Positions 17,627 through 27,048 are shown, numbered from the stretch's first letter. The stretch: 50,252 nt of DNA from an uncultured Cytophagia bacterium (GCA_964432185.1 CAYSNA010000001.1:1-50252); one strand, 5' to 3'. Program-made: numbers and translations. The notes: a model not told the origin generated them from the letters alone.

Positions 17627-20044
17627 ATGAAATCACATATTGCCGTTTTTCTTTTTTTTCTAGGTACTCAACTTGGCTTTACGCAACCGCTATCCAATTA
17701 TTATTCAAAATATGAATTTCTCGCCGCGCCGCCGAGTGCCTTTCAGGACGGCCTGGTTGGTTTTGCCAATCCGGCTGTTCTCGGGTTGATGCACGCCCCG
17801 GACGCGCGCGTGTACTGGACGATGAACGATCCAAAAGTGGCTGCGAAAAATAATTGGGGTCTTTTTACTGGCGGTCGTTTGCTGGGTTTTGGTATGCAAC
17901 AACAATATCGCGACGGCCATCGCGTCACCGATTATTCCGTATCACTCGGCGGCGGTTCGGATGTTTTTTCAATCGGCTTTGGCTACGATTGGTCCCGGGG
18001 CAATCGCGACTATTTTTCCCGCTACGCACTTTACAAAATGAGTGTCATTATTCGGCCGTCATCCTGGTTGTCGTTTGGCGCGACCGGTTTTTGGAGTTCA
18101 CAGACCGATCAACAGGAAGCGCTGGCGGAAGTGGCGCTGCGGCCGTTGGCATCGCCAAATCTCACGCTGTTTGCCGATGTCTTGTACAATACCGAGCTCA
18201 AATTTGATGACAGATTGTGGAGCGCCGGCGCGACCTGGCGCCTCGTTCCCGGCATCCATATCGTTGGCCGCTATTTTGGCCGCGAGACGTTCACTGCCGG
18301 ACTCGTTTTTGATCTCGGCGCCGCATCCGTTGGCGGTCAACGTTTTGTTGATACAAACAACTCCATCGCCTACAACAGCTACATGCTGCGCAGCGGCGGT
18401 TTCAAAAATAACATCTTTCAGCGTGCCGCCAAGGATGTTGCCTATGTGCCGTTCAAGTTGAGCGGACTCGTTGATCATCAAAAATTCATCCTGTTCGATG
18501 ACAGCACCCACCGGTTGTATGACATTCTTCGCGACATCCGCGCCGCGGCAAATGATCCGCGGATCAAGCTGTTGGTCATCAACCAGACCAACATGCTCAT
18601 TCGTCCGGAACATGCCTGGGAAATTCGCGAGGAGCTCAAAGCCGCGCAAGCCCGGGGCAAAAAAGTAATCATCTATATCGAAAATGCGGGCATGACCGGT
18701 TATTTTCTCGCCAGCGTGGCCGATATGGTGGTGATGGAGCCGCAGGGCATTCTCACGTTGCCCGGCCTGGTCATGGGTAAAACCTATTTGAAAGGCAGCC
18801 TGGAGAAGCTCGGCATCGGCTTTGACGAATGGCGTTTTTTTACGCATAAAACCGCTTTTGAGACCTACAGCCAGGAGCAGCTCTCGGAGGCCGACCTGGA
18901 ACAGTACAATGCCTACATCGATGTCTGGTATGACATGATCCGAAACGATGTTTCAGCCTCCCGCGGTTTTTCCGGTGACCACTTTGACGCGATTATCAAC
19001 GAATCCTTTTTGCTGAGTGCCACTACCGCGCTTGAAAAGAAACTGGTTGATAAACTGGATCGCTGGTCGAATATCGAAAATATCATCAAAGAGATGAATG
19101 ATAAAAACAAGTTGGTGAAAATCCGCCGCGACGGTTTATGGGATAACGCGGAACTGCCGGAAACCTGGGGGCCGCGATCCAGGATTGCCCTCGTGTACGC
19201 GCTTGGCGCCACTTCGATGGAGACCGGCATTCGCGCCCGCTATTTGGAACGGGTTTTCGAAAAATTGAAAAAGGACAAATCGATCAAGGCGGTTGTTTTG
19301 CGTGTTGATTCGCCCGGCGGTGCAATTATGCCGAGCGAGGTTGTCGCCAATGCGATGAAAAAATGCAGCGAGGACAAACCGGTCATCGTCAGTCAGGGGC
19401 AGGTCGCCGGTTCCGGCGGCTACTGGATTTCCATGTATGGCGATCGAATACTCGCCGGCCCGAATACGCTCACCGGCTCCATCGGCGTCATCGGCGGCTG
19501 GCTGTGGGATAAAAACTTTTCGCAAAAGCTCGGCATCGCCTCGGATCATGTGCAGCGCGGCGAGCATGCGGATTTGTTGTATGGCGCCAGTCTTCCGTTG
19601 ATCGGCCTGGCTTTGCCGCATCGCAACCTCAATGAGGATGAACGCGCACAAATTGAAAAATGGATCCGCGGCCATTACGACGATTTTATCACCAAAGTCG
19701 CCGAGGGCCGCGATATGACCAAAGCGGATGTCGATAAAATTGCCCAGGGCCGTTTTTATGCCGGAGAGGACGGCAAGAACATTGGTCTTGTTGATGAAAT
19801 TGGCGGGATAATGCTGGCCCTCGATTTGGCGCGACAGGATGCCGGACTCTCGCCGGATGAAAAAATTGATATCATCGAGGTTCCGAAAAATCGCGGACTG
19901 TTTGAACTGGCGCCGTTATCCGTATCTGCGCTGGACAAGTTTCAGCAGGATCCGGTTGTGCAGTATGTCAAAATGGTTGCGGAAAATCCCTGGCAGCCGC
20001 TGCACATGCTGCCGCCGGGAACGTATCCGGGGGTGGAAAAATAG
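17627..20044 (+). CDS. sppA: Signal peptide peptidase SppA (S49, two-domain 67K type) with an extra ~270-aa N-terminal domain
   Basis: Start moved to the ATG at 17627 (MKSHIAVFLFFLGTQLGFTQ signal peptide). C-terminal S49 domain has SPGGAIMPSE and catalytic-Ser box QVAGSGGYWISMYGDRI...GSIGV. A degenerate first S49 repeat lies around 18480-19150. The N-terminal 270 aa are unassigned. Confidence 0.85.
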   Translation: MKSHIAVFLFFLGTQLGFTQPLSNYYSKYEFLAAPPSAFQDGLVGFANPAVLGLMHAPDARVYWTMNDPKVAAKNNWGLFTGGRLLGFGMQQQYRDGHRVTDYSVSLGGGSDVFSIGFGYDWSRGNRDYFSRYALYKMSVIIRPSSWLSFGATGFWSSQTDQQEALAEVALRPLASPNLTLFADVLYNTELKFDDRLWSAGATWRLVPGIHIVGRYFGRETFTAGLVFDLGAASVGGQRFVDTNNSIAYNSYMLRSGGFKNNIFQRAAKDVAYVPFKLSGLVDHQKFILFDDSTHRLYDILRDIRAAANDPRIKLLVINQTNMLIRPEHAWEIREELKAAQARGKKVIIYIENAGMTGYFLASVADMVVMEPQGILTLPGLVMGKTYLKGSLEKLGIGFDEWRFFTHKTAFETYSQEQLSEADLEQYNAYIDVWYDMIRNDVSASRGFSGDHFDAIINESFLLSATTALEKKLVDKLDRWSNIENIIKEMNDKNKLVKIRRDGLWDNAELPETWGPRSRIALVYALGATSMETGIRARYLERVFEKLKKDKSIKAVVLRVDSPGGAIMPSEVVANAMKKCSEDKPVIVSQGQVAGSGGYWISMYGDRILAGPNTLTGSIGVIGGWLWDKNFSQKLGIASDHVQRGEHADLLYGASLPLIGLALPHRNLNEDERAQIEKWIRGHYDDFITKVAEGRDMTKADVDKIAQGRFYAGEDGKNIGLVDEIGGIMLALDLARQDAGLSPDEKIDIIEVPKNRGLFELAPLSVSALDKFQQDPVVQYVKMVAENPWQPLHMLPPGTYPGVEK

Positions 20045-20056
20045 GAGAGAAAATTG

Positions 20057-21265
20057 ATGAAAAACGTTGTGCTGTTGATTGGTCTTGCGCTGTTGTCGGC
20101 GTGCACACAAAAACAAGAGGTAAAGGGAACCATGTTCAAAGATGATTTGTCTTTCCTGCAAAAATACACCGACGTTCTGGTCCTAAAAAGCGCCAATGAC
20201 AAAGCGCACATTGCCGTTATTCCCGGCATGCAGGGGCGCGTCATGACCAGCACGGCGAGCGGCCCGGATGGTTTGAGTTTTGGCTGGATCAATCGCGAGC
20301 TCATCGCGTCCGGTGAAAACAATAAACACATCAATGCGTTTGGCGGTGAGGATCGGTTTTGGCTCGGACCGGAAGGCGGCCAGTTTTCCATCTTTTTCAA
20401 AAAAGGTGAGCCGTTCGATTTGGAACATTGGTGGACACCGGAGCCGATTAATGAAGGCGCGTACAATATTGTTGAGCAGAGTGAGACATCCGTTCAATTT
20501 AAAAAAGTGATGCGGCTGGAAAATTATTCCGGCACTGTTTTCGATCTCGAACTCGATCGCTCCGTTGAACTCTTGTCGGCGGAACAAGCAAAGGTCGCTT
20601 TTGGCGTCGACTTGAGTCATGTCGACATTGTAGCGTTTGAATCGGAAAATGTCATCACCAATACGGGTGACCAGGCCTGGATGAAGGACACCGGACTGCT
20701 GTCCATCTGGATTCTCGGCATGTACAATCCGTCGCCCGCAACCACCATTGTCATTCCTTTTAAAGCGAGTGATGAGCGTGACCTTGGCCCGAAAGTGAAC
20801 GATGCCTATTTTGGCAAGGTGCCGGATGATCGGCTTGTCGTTATGGATGATGTGCTGTTTTTCAGCGGTGACGGCGAGTATCGCAGCAAGATCGGTATTT
20901 CGCCGTATCGGGCCACATCCGTGCTCGGCAGTTACGATGCGACCAACAACGTGCTCACGCTCGTCACTTACACCAGGCCGGAGGGGATCACGGATTACGT
21001 CAACTCGATGTGGGAAATTCAGGACGAGCCGTTTGCCGGCGATGTGGTGAACAGTTATAACGACGGCCCGCCGGAACCCGGCGCCAAACCGCTTGGCCCG
21101 TTTTACGAACTGGAAACGTCTTCACCGGCGGCATCCCTGGCGCCCGGTGAATCGTTAGCGCATCGACACACGACCGTTCATATTGTTGGTGATAAATCAA
21201 AATTGGACGAGATCGCTCAACATGTATTGGGCGTGAGTGTGCAGGAGATAGAAGAGGCGTTTTAG
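20057..21265 (+). CDS. Lipoprotein of unknown function (possibly galactose-mutarotase-like fold; uncertain)
   Basis: SD AGGAGA 8 nt upstream. Lipobox LLSAC. The GGEDRFWLGPEGG motif is reminiscent of aldose-epimerase-like DUFs. Starts 12 nt after the sppA stop. Confidence 0.6.
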   Translation: MKNVVLLIGLALLSACTQKQEVKGTMFKDDLSFLQKYTDVLVLKSANDKAHIAVIPGMQGRVMTSTASGPDGLSFGWINRELIASGENNKHINAFGGEDRFWLGPEGGQFSIFFKKGEPFDLEHWWTPEPINEGAYNIVEQSETSVQFKKVMRLENYSGTVFDLELDRSVELLSAEQAKVAFGVDLSHVDIVAFESENVITNTGDQAWMKDTGLLSIWILGMYNPSPATTIVIPFKASDERDLGPKVNDAYFGKVPDDRLVVMDDVLFFSGDGEYRSKIGISPYRATSVLGSYDATNNVLTLVTYTRPEGITDYVNSMWEIQDEPFAGDVVNSYNDGPPEPGAKPLGPFYELETSSPAASLAPGESLAHRHTTVHIVGDKSKLDEIAQHVLGVSVQEIEEAF

Positions 21266-21274
21266 GTTTTAAGA

Positions 21275-21300
21275 TCGGGCGGACAACATGGTCCGCCCGA
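21275..21300. terminator. Stem-loop terminator between convergent genes
   Basis: TCGGGCGGAC (21275-21284) / GTCCGCCCGA (21291-21300) form a perfect 10-bp stem with a 6-nt loop, followed by AAATATTTTT on the + strand. Confidence 0.65.
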
Positions 21301-21326
21301 AATATTTTTGACAGCCGTAGCCTGCC

Positions 21327-21956
21327 TTATTTCTTCTTGTAACTGATTGATAGTCCCGATCGGGTCGTTTTATCAATTGTCGTTTCCATATCCGGAAGAG
21401 CCGTCACATAATCGAGAAAATCTTTGATGCCGCCGTAGGCGTTGCGAACATTGTGCGCGGTAAAACAGCCGCCCGGTTCCAGCTTGGGATAGAGATCAAT
21501 AAAATATTGCTTGTACCAGGTTTTATCCGCATCGGAAAAGATAAAATCAAACGGCCCTTCAATTCTTTTGACGATCTGATGCGCATCGCCCAATTGGGCG
21601 TCAATATAGTCTGACAATCCGGCTTTTTCAAAATTCTGAATCGCTTTGGCGTGGCGTGTCGGATCGATTTCCAGCGTCACCAGGGTGCCGCCGGTTTTGC
21701 TGAGCGCCCAGGCAATCCAGATGCTCGAGTGGCCGGTCGACGTGCCGATCTCCAGCGCCCGCGTGTAGCCGTTCTCAACAATAAGATTATAGAGCGTCTG
21801 GCCATCTTCATAATCGACGTTCCAATCCACCCAGCGTTGGCGCTGTGAATCGAGAAACGCCTTGACTCGCCGATCAAGTTCGGTCTCGATGACCTGCGAA
21901 AAAGCCGTCTGCGATATTAAAAAAAGCGTGAATACAAGCAAAGCAGTTTTTTTCAT
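21327..21956 (-). CDS. Class I SAM-dependent O-methyltransferase (caffeoyl-CoA-OMT-like) with N-terminal signal peptide
   Basis: Start moved to the ATG at 21956 (GGAG 5 nt upstream). MKKTALLVFTLFLISQTAFSQ signal-like N-terminus. SAM-binding LEIGTSTGHS, then TLEIDP and IFSDADK boxes. Confidence 0.75.
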   Translation of the reverse strand: MKKTALLVFTLFLISQTAFSQVIETELDRRVKAFLDSQRQRWVDWNVDYEDGQTLYNLIVENGYTRALEIGTSTGHSSIWIAWALSKTGGTLVTLEIDPTRHAKAIQNFEKAGLSDYIDAQLGDAHQIVKRIEGPFDFIFSDADKTWYKQYFIDLYPKLEPGGCFTAHNVRNAYGGIKDFLDYVTALPDMETTIDKTTRSGLSISYKKK

Positions 21957-22001
21957 TCTGACTCCGGACATTTTTTAAACAGTTCTACGCAGATTTCGCG
22001 A

Positions 22002-23288
22002 TCAGGTTCCTGAAACACCGCGCGGCGATTCCAGATGACCGCCGTGTTTGTCGTCGGCTTTTTTCAGCATAAAGGCAAAGAACAAACCAAAGAAACCGAG
22101 AACCGAAAAAATCCACATACCCAGGCGGTAACCCTCCGGATTGGCGGCGCCGGCGTTGGAATAATCATTGGCAAAACCAATCATCCAGTTGAAACCAAAA
22201 AGACCGATTTGTTGAATTAACGTCATTACCGAATACGCTGTGCCGAGTCGCCGTTCTTCAACAATATAGGCGACAGATGGCCACATAACCGCGGGGATCA
22301 GAGAAAACGAAATTCCCATAATGGCAATTGGCACGATAAGTGAAATTTTGCTATAAACCATCATCAGATACACGGGCATAAGCAGTACAGAACCGAGCAT
22401 CATGAGTTGAGCACGTTTACCGATCTTGTCCACTAAAAAACCAAAAAGCGGTGTTACAATTAACGCAGACATAGGCAAAACACTGTTTAATGGTCCGGCA
22501 ATTTCTCTGGAAATACCATGGGCCTCCTGAAAAAATTTAATAGCGAATGTGCGGAATGGAAAAATGCCCGAATAAAATGTAACACACAACGCAACAATAA
22601 ACCAGAAGGACGAGTTAAATTTGAAAAGATCACTTAGGACAAGTTTATCCCGGTCTCCAGCCGCACCAAGAGTGTGGTGTTTTTCAGAGTAGGATTCCAA
22701 GACAAAGTAAGTAACTCCGCCAATTACACAAAAGATGGATATGATAGCAGCGATTTTCAATGGAGGTTGCCATCCGGTATAAAAGGCTTTTCCCCAATTC
22801 GTGGATGTGTCTGCGGCGAATGAGCCAAGTCGAGCAATTGTGAGGTTAATGCCAAATGCAAAACTCAATTCTTTGCCTTTAAACCACTTGGCTAATGCTG
22901 TTGTAATTGCAACTATAAGCGGTTCAGCCCCCAGTCCGAGCAGAACACGTCCAGTTAACATAACGCCGAGCTTTGGACTTGACATGGTTACTATAGCAGC
23001 AACAGTACATAGCGATCCAAATATCAGTACAGATTTTTTTGTGCCATATTTATCAATTATCACTCCACCAATAAGCAGAATGAAAATAGCAGCAACACTA
23101 TAAACCCCGTTCAGTGAGCCGATGTTTTGATCGCTAAATCCAAGATCATTTTTTAAAATATCTGCGATCGGGCCAATGCTGTCATAAATGTAATAATTGC
23201 CAAACATGGCCAGGCTGATGAAAATGAGAACGATCCAGCGGTAAAGTGTCGAGGGCGCTCGACGTGAAGTCTCCAGTGTACTCGTCAT
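22002..23288 (-). CDS. MFS transporter
   Basis: About 12 hydrophobic helices. Motif-A-like GGVIIDKYGTKKS between TM2 and TM3. Confidence 0.8.
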   Translation of the reverse strand: MTSTLETSRRAPSTLYRWIVLIFISLAMFGNYYIYDSIGPIADILKNDLGFSDQNIGSLNGVYSVAAIFILLIGGVIIDKYGTKKSVLIFGSLCTVAAIVTMSSPKLGVMLTGRVLLGLGAEPLIVAITTALAKWFKGKELSFAFGINLTIARLGSFAADTSTNWGKAFYTGWQPPLKIAAIISIFCVIGGVTYFVLESYSEKHHTLGAAGDRDKLVLSDLFKFNSSFWFIVALCVTFYSGIFPFRTFAIKFFQEAHGISREIAGPLNSVLPMSALIVTPLFGFLVDKIGKRAQLMMLGSVLLMPVYLMMVYSKISLIVPIAIMGISFSLIPAVMWPSVAYIVEERRLGTAYSVMTLIQQIGLFGFNWMIGFANDYSNAGAANPEGYRLGMWIFSVLGFFGLFFAFMLKKADDKHGGHLESPRGVSGT

Positions 23289-23554
23289 AATAGCATCCTG
23301 TTCAGATTGAATAATGAAAGGTAAAGGAACAAAAGAATTTACTGCAAAACAAGTGAATTTTTTACGCGACAGGAATTAATCCCATTCCTTAAAAAGAAAG
23401 AATGATGAACAACAGGGGAGAGCAGCGTGACCGGTTTTGCACTGTGTTCGGCCTAAAATCCAATTGATTTTTTGCCTCTTTTTAACTACTTTCAAAACTC
23501 GGAAAAGTGATTGTTTTTTCGAATAAACGCTTGAAGTGAAATCGTGATATATTT

Positions 23555-24112
23555 GTGATCAGTAGAGAATTCCAAAAAGCCATTGAATTTGCCGCATTAG
23601 CGCATGACGGCCAAACGCGCAAAAGCACCAGCGTGCCGTACGTGTCGCATCCGTATGCGGTAGCCGCAATTTTAAACAATGAGGGCTGCGACGAGCATGT
23701 CGTCATCGCCGGTTTATTGCACGATACGGTTGAAGATACTTCCGTCACCCTTGATCACATCCGGCAGGAGTTTGGCGATCAGGTCGCGGCGATTGTCGCG
23801 GCAGTGACCGAACCGGACAAATCCAAGCCGTGGGAATATCGCAAAAATTACATGATCGACGCGATAAAATACGCATCGCATGAAGTCAAATATGTATCGT
23901 GCGCCGACAAACTGCATAACCTGCTCACCGTCATGGAAGCGCACGCGCATATTGGCGATGCGGTGTGGAATCGATTCAGCCGCGGCTATCAAGGCCAAAA
24001 ATGGTATGGCGAGACCATGGTCACTAGCCTGTTTTATGGTTTGGAGGAAGCGCACCAAAAACCGATGTTTTTCGAACTTGAACGACTGGTCGGGGAGTTT
24101 TTTCAAAAATGA
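23555..24112 (+). CDS. Small HD-domain (p)ppGpp-hydrolase-like protein (SpoT/RelA N-terminal HD type, stand-alone)
   Basis: GTG start. AHDGQTRKSTSVPYVSHPYAVAAIL...VIAGLLHDTVEDT...FGDQVAAIVAAVTE matches the HD_4 hydrolase domain pattern. 185 aa, no synthetase domain. Confidence 0.75.
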   Translation: MISREFQKAIEFAALAHDGQTRKSTSVPYVSHPYAVAAILNNEGCDEHVVIAGLLHDTVEDTSVTLDHIRQEFGDQVAAIVAAVTEPDKSKPWEYRKNYMIDAIKYASHEVKYVSCADKLHNLLTVMEAHAHIGDAVWNRFSRGYQGQKWYGETMVTSLFYGLEEAHQKPMFFELERLVGEFFQK

Positions 24113-24735
24113 ACGAACAGCATAATGAGCCCCAAAATCCATGGACAACCATCTGGTTTGATCCGCGCGGCACGATTCGCTATCTGCTCGAAACCAATCC
24201 CATGCACAGTTTTTATCTGCTGATAGCGCTCGGTGGTATTGGCAATCTGTTCAGTTCGGCATCCGGCTATGGTATGGCGGATATGTTGCCGGTCCATCAA
24301 GTCATTTTTTCATCTCTGTTGGTCGGACCGTTTGCTGCTTTTGTCAGCGTCTATTTGTGGAGCTGGCTGCTTGGCATTAGCACAAAATTGTTTGGCGGCC
24401 ACGCCGAAAAGCAGCAAATCCGTACGGCGTTTGTCTGGTCGATGGCGCCGGTGGCTTATACGCTGCCGTTGTGGGGCATCCGCTACATTCTGTTCCGGGA
24501 CGAATTATTTACCACCGAGCGGCCGTTTATCGAAGCGCACGAATTCCTCAAAACGCTTTTTGGCTTTTTTGAGGGTATTGATGTCATTATTTCATTATTT
24601 TCATTTTATATTCTCATCAACGCCATTGCCGAAGTCAGCGGTCTTTCGTTCTGGCGCAGTATCGGATCAATCGGCGTTATCCTTTTACTTTTGATAATAC
24701 CGGCACTGTTGCTGGTGCCGTTTTTAACGATGTAA
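24109..24735 (+). CDS. Yip1-domain-like polytopic membrane protein
   Basis: Start overlaps the HD gene stop (ATGA). N-terminal NPWTTIWFDPRGTIRYLLETNP followed by about 5 TM helices, as in Yip1/DUF1282-type proteins. Confidence 0.6.
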   Translation: MNEQHNEPQNPWTTIWFDPRGTIRYLLETNPMHSFYLLIALGGIGNLFSSASGYGMADMLPVHQVIFSSLLVGPFAAFVSVYLWSWLLGISTKLFGGHAEKQQIRTAFVWSMAPVAYTLPLWGIRYILFRDELFTTERPFIEAHEFLKTLFGFFEGIDVIISLFSFYILINAIAEVSGLSFWRSIGSIGVILLLLIIPALLLVPFLTM

Positions 24736-24771
24736 ATTATTTTTCAATTTTAACTTTAGGAGATTCGACCA

Positions 24772-25845
24772 ATGAAAGTCCTCGACGTTGTAAAACCCGG
24801 TGTTGTCACCGGTGATGATGTTCAAAAATTATTTAAAGTCGCAAAAGAAGAAGGTTTTGCGCTGCCGGCCGTTAATGTTGTTGGCACGGATTCTGTCAAC
24901 GCGGTTCTGGAAGCGGCTGCGGCTGTCAAATCGCCTGTGATGATTCAATTTTCCAATGGCGGTGCGGTTTTTTACGCGGGCAAGGGATTAAAGCTCGACG
25001 GGCAGGAAGCTGCGATTCTTGGCGCGGTTTCCGGCGCAAAACACATTCACATGCTGGCCGAAAAATACGGCGTTCCGGTTATTCTGCATACTGACCACGC
25101 CGCCCGCAAACTGTTGCCCTGGATTGATGGCCTGCTCGATGCCGGTGAAGAACATTTTGAAAAATATGGCAAGCCGTTGTACTCATCGCACATGCTCGAT
25201 CTGTCCGAAGAACCGCTGGATGAAAATATTGCCACATGCATCGAATACATGAAACGTATGAGCAAAATCGGCATGACCCTGGAAATGGAACTTGGCGTGA
25301 CCGGCGGCGAGGAAGACGGCGTCGATAACACCGGCGTTGACAATTCGCTGCTCTACACCCAGCCGGAAGAAGTCGCACAGGTCTATGAAGCGCTGTCTGC
25401 CATTGGCAACAACTTTACCATTGCCGCGGCGTTTGGTAATGTGCACGGCGTCTACAAACCGGGCAACGTGGTGCTGCGTCCGTCCATTCTGGATGCCTCG
25501 CAAAAGTTCATTCAGAAAAAATACAATACGGGTGAAAAACCGGTTAATTTTGTTTTTCACGGTGGTTCTGGCTCAACCCAGCAAGAAATCCGCGAAGCCA
25601 TCTCTTACGGCGTCATCAAAATGAACATTGATACGGATACGCAATGGGCCACCTGGAAGGGCGTACTCGATTTTTATAAAGCCAACGAAGGCTATTTGCA
25701 GGGCCAAATTGGCAACCCGGATGGCGACGACAAACCGAACAAAAAATTCTACGATCCGCGCGTGTGGCTGCGCAAAGGCCAGGTTACCATGGTCGATCGC
25801 TTGAAAGTCGCATTTGAAGATCTGAACTGTGTTGGACGCAACTAG
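24772..25845 (+). CDS. fbaA: Fructose-bisphosphate aldolase, class II
   Basis: SD TAGGAGA. 357 aa. N-terminus MKVLDVVKPGVVTGDDV..., PAVNVVGTDS, HTDH, FGNVHGVYKPGNV, FVFHGGSGS are typical of long class II FbaA. Confidence 0.92.
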   Translation: MKVLDVVKPGVVTGDDVQKLFKVAKEEGFALPAVNVVGTDSVNAVLEAAAAVKSPVMIQFSNGGAVFYAGKGLKLDGQEAAILGAVSGAKHIHMLAEKYGVPVILHTDHAARKLLPWIDGLLDAGEEHFEKYGKPLYSSHMLDLSEEPLDENIATCIEYMKRMSKIGMTLEMELGVTGGEEDGVDNTGVDNSLLYTQPEEVAQVYEALSAIGNNFTIAAAFGNVHGVYKPGNVVLRPSILDASQKFIQKKYNTGEKPVNFVFHGGSGSTQQEIREAISYGVIKMNIDTDTQWATWKGVLDFYKANEGYLQGQIGNPDGDDKPNKKFYDPRVWLRKGQVTMVDRLKVAFEDLNCVGRN

Positions 25846-25880
25846 ACTCTTTTTCTCCACTGTGGAGGACTGATTTTTCG

Positions 25881-25922
25881 ACCACCGGAACGCGGATAAA
25901 TCTGTCGTTTCGGTGGTTTTTT
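25881..25922 (+). terminator. Rho-independent terminator after fbaA
   Basis: ACCACCGGAACG (25881-25892) pairs with CGTTTCGGTGGT (25906-25917) with one G-U, followed by TTTTTT. Confidence 0.8.
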
Positions 25923-26076
25923 AATTTACCATCTATTGATCCGGAATATCCGGATATAAAGATCGCGCCAAACCGCAAAGGGAAAACCATATAATTGGGT
26001 GCAGAGAATCTTGATCGAATCTACTTTCGTTTTGCGCGTGGCCTAATTCAAGTAAATGAGGACAAGATTTCGAATT

Positions 26077-27039
26077 ATGCAAAAACGCAAGCTTGGCACA
26101 TACGGCCCGGAACTTTCCATCATCGGGCTCGGCGCCTGGGCGATCGGCGGATCGTGGGCCTGGGGCTGGGGCAATAATGATGACCGGGAGTCCATTCGAA
26201 CCATTCAAAGAGCCATTGATCTGGGTGTCAACTGGATTGATACGGCGCCGGTGTACGGGCTCGGGCATTCGGAAAAACTGGTCGGCCAGGCCATTAAAGG
26301 TAAACGCGACAAGGTTTTTATCGCCACCAAATGCGGTCTGGTGTGGGATCCGAGCCAGCGAGTTCGAAACGACATCACGCCCCACAGTATTCGACACGAG
26401 GTTGAAGCAAGTTTAACGCGGCTCAATGTTGATGTCATCGATCTCTATCAAATTCATTGGCCTTTTGCCAACCATAGCGAGGCCAAGGCGTGGCGAGAGT
26501 TAGCCGCTTTAAAAAAAGAAGGCAAGGTACGCTGGATTGGTGTTTCCAATTTTGACGTACCCCTGTTGAGCCTGTGTGAAAATATTGATCATGTTGATTC
26601 TTTACAGCCGCCATACAGTCTGTTTGACCGCGGCATTGAAAAAGAGATTTTACCTTTTTGTCAAAAAAACGGCATTGGTGTGATTCCCTACAGTCCCATG
26701 TTTTCCGGACTGTTGTCCGGCCGATTTGATCGCGCAACATTGGCAAAGGACGATTGGCGCACCAGAGACAGCATGTTTAACGAGCCGCAGTTATCCCGTA
26801 ATTTGGCATGTGTTGACCAACTGCGCCCGATAGCGGAAAAATATGACAAGACCGTCGGACACATTGCGGTCGCGTGGGTGTTGGCGCAGCCCGGCATTAC
26901 ATCGGCCATCGTCGGCGCTCGTACGGTTCAACAGATCGACGAAAATGTGCTGGTCGACGAAGTCGCGCTTTCGGCCGATGATGTCGCCGCGATTGAAAAA
27001 GCGCTTTACGCCCATTCGTTTAAATTAAAAAGGCACTAA
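26077..27039 (+). CDS. Aldo/keto reductase
   Basis: Start moved to the ATG at 26077 (MQKRKLG). GLGAWAIGG, GVNWIDTAPVYGLGHSEKLVG, IDLYQIHWP, IGVSNF motifs. Confidence 0.88.
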   Translation: MQKRKLGTYGPELSIIGLGAWAIGGSWAWGWGNNDDRESIRTIQRAIDLGVNWIDTAPVYGLGHSEKLVGQAIKGKRDKVFIATKCGLVWDPSQRVRNDITPHSIRHEVEASLTRLNVDVIDLYQIHWPFANHSEAKAWRELAALKKEGKVRWIGVSNFDVPLLSLCENIDHVDSLQPPYSLFDRGIEKEILPFCQKNGIGVIPYSPMFSGLLSGRFDRATLAKDDWRTRDSMFNEPQLSRNLACVDQLRPIAEKYDKTVGHIAVAWVLAQPGITSAIVGARTVQQIDENVLVDEVALSADDVAAIEKALYAHSFKLKRH

Positions 27040-27048
27040 AAAAAGTCT

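Noticed and set aside
22002-23288. Apparently lower GC in the MFS gene, considered as a sign of horizontal transfer.
   Set aside because: Hand counts of 60-nt windows range from 35% to 55% inside the gene, and the neighbouring methyltransferase gene gives similar values. There are no flanking repeats, tRNA or integrase. The signal is not distinguishable from local fluctuation without a proper computation.
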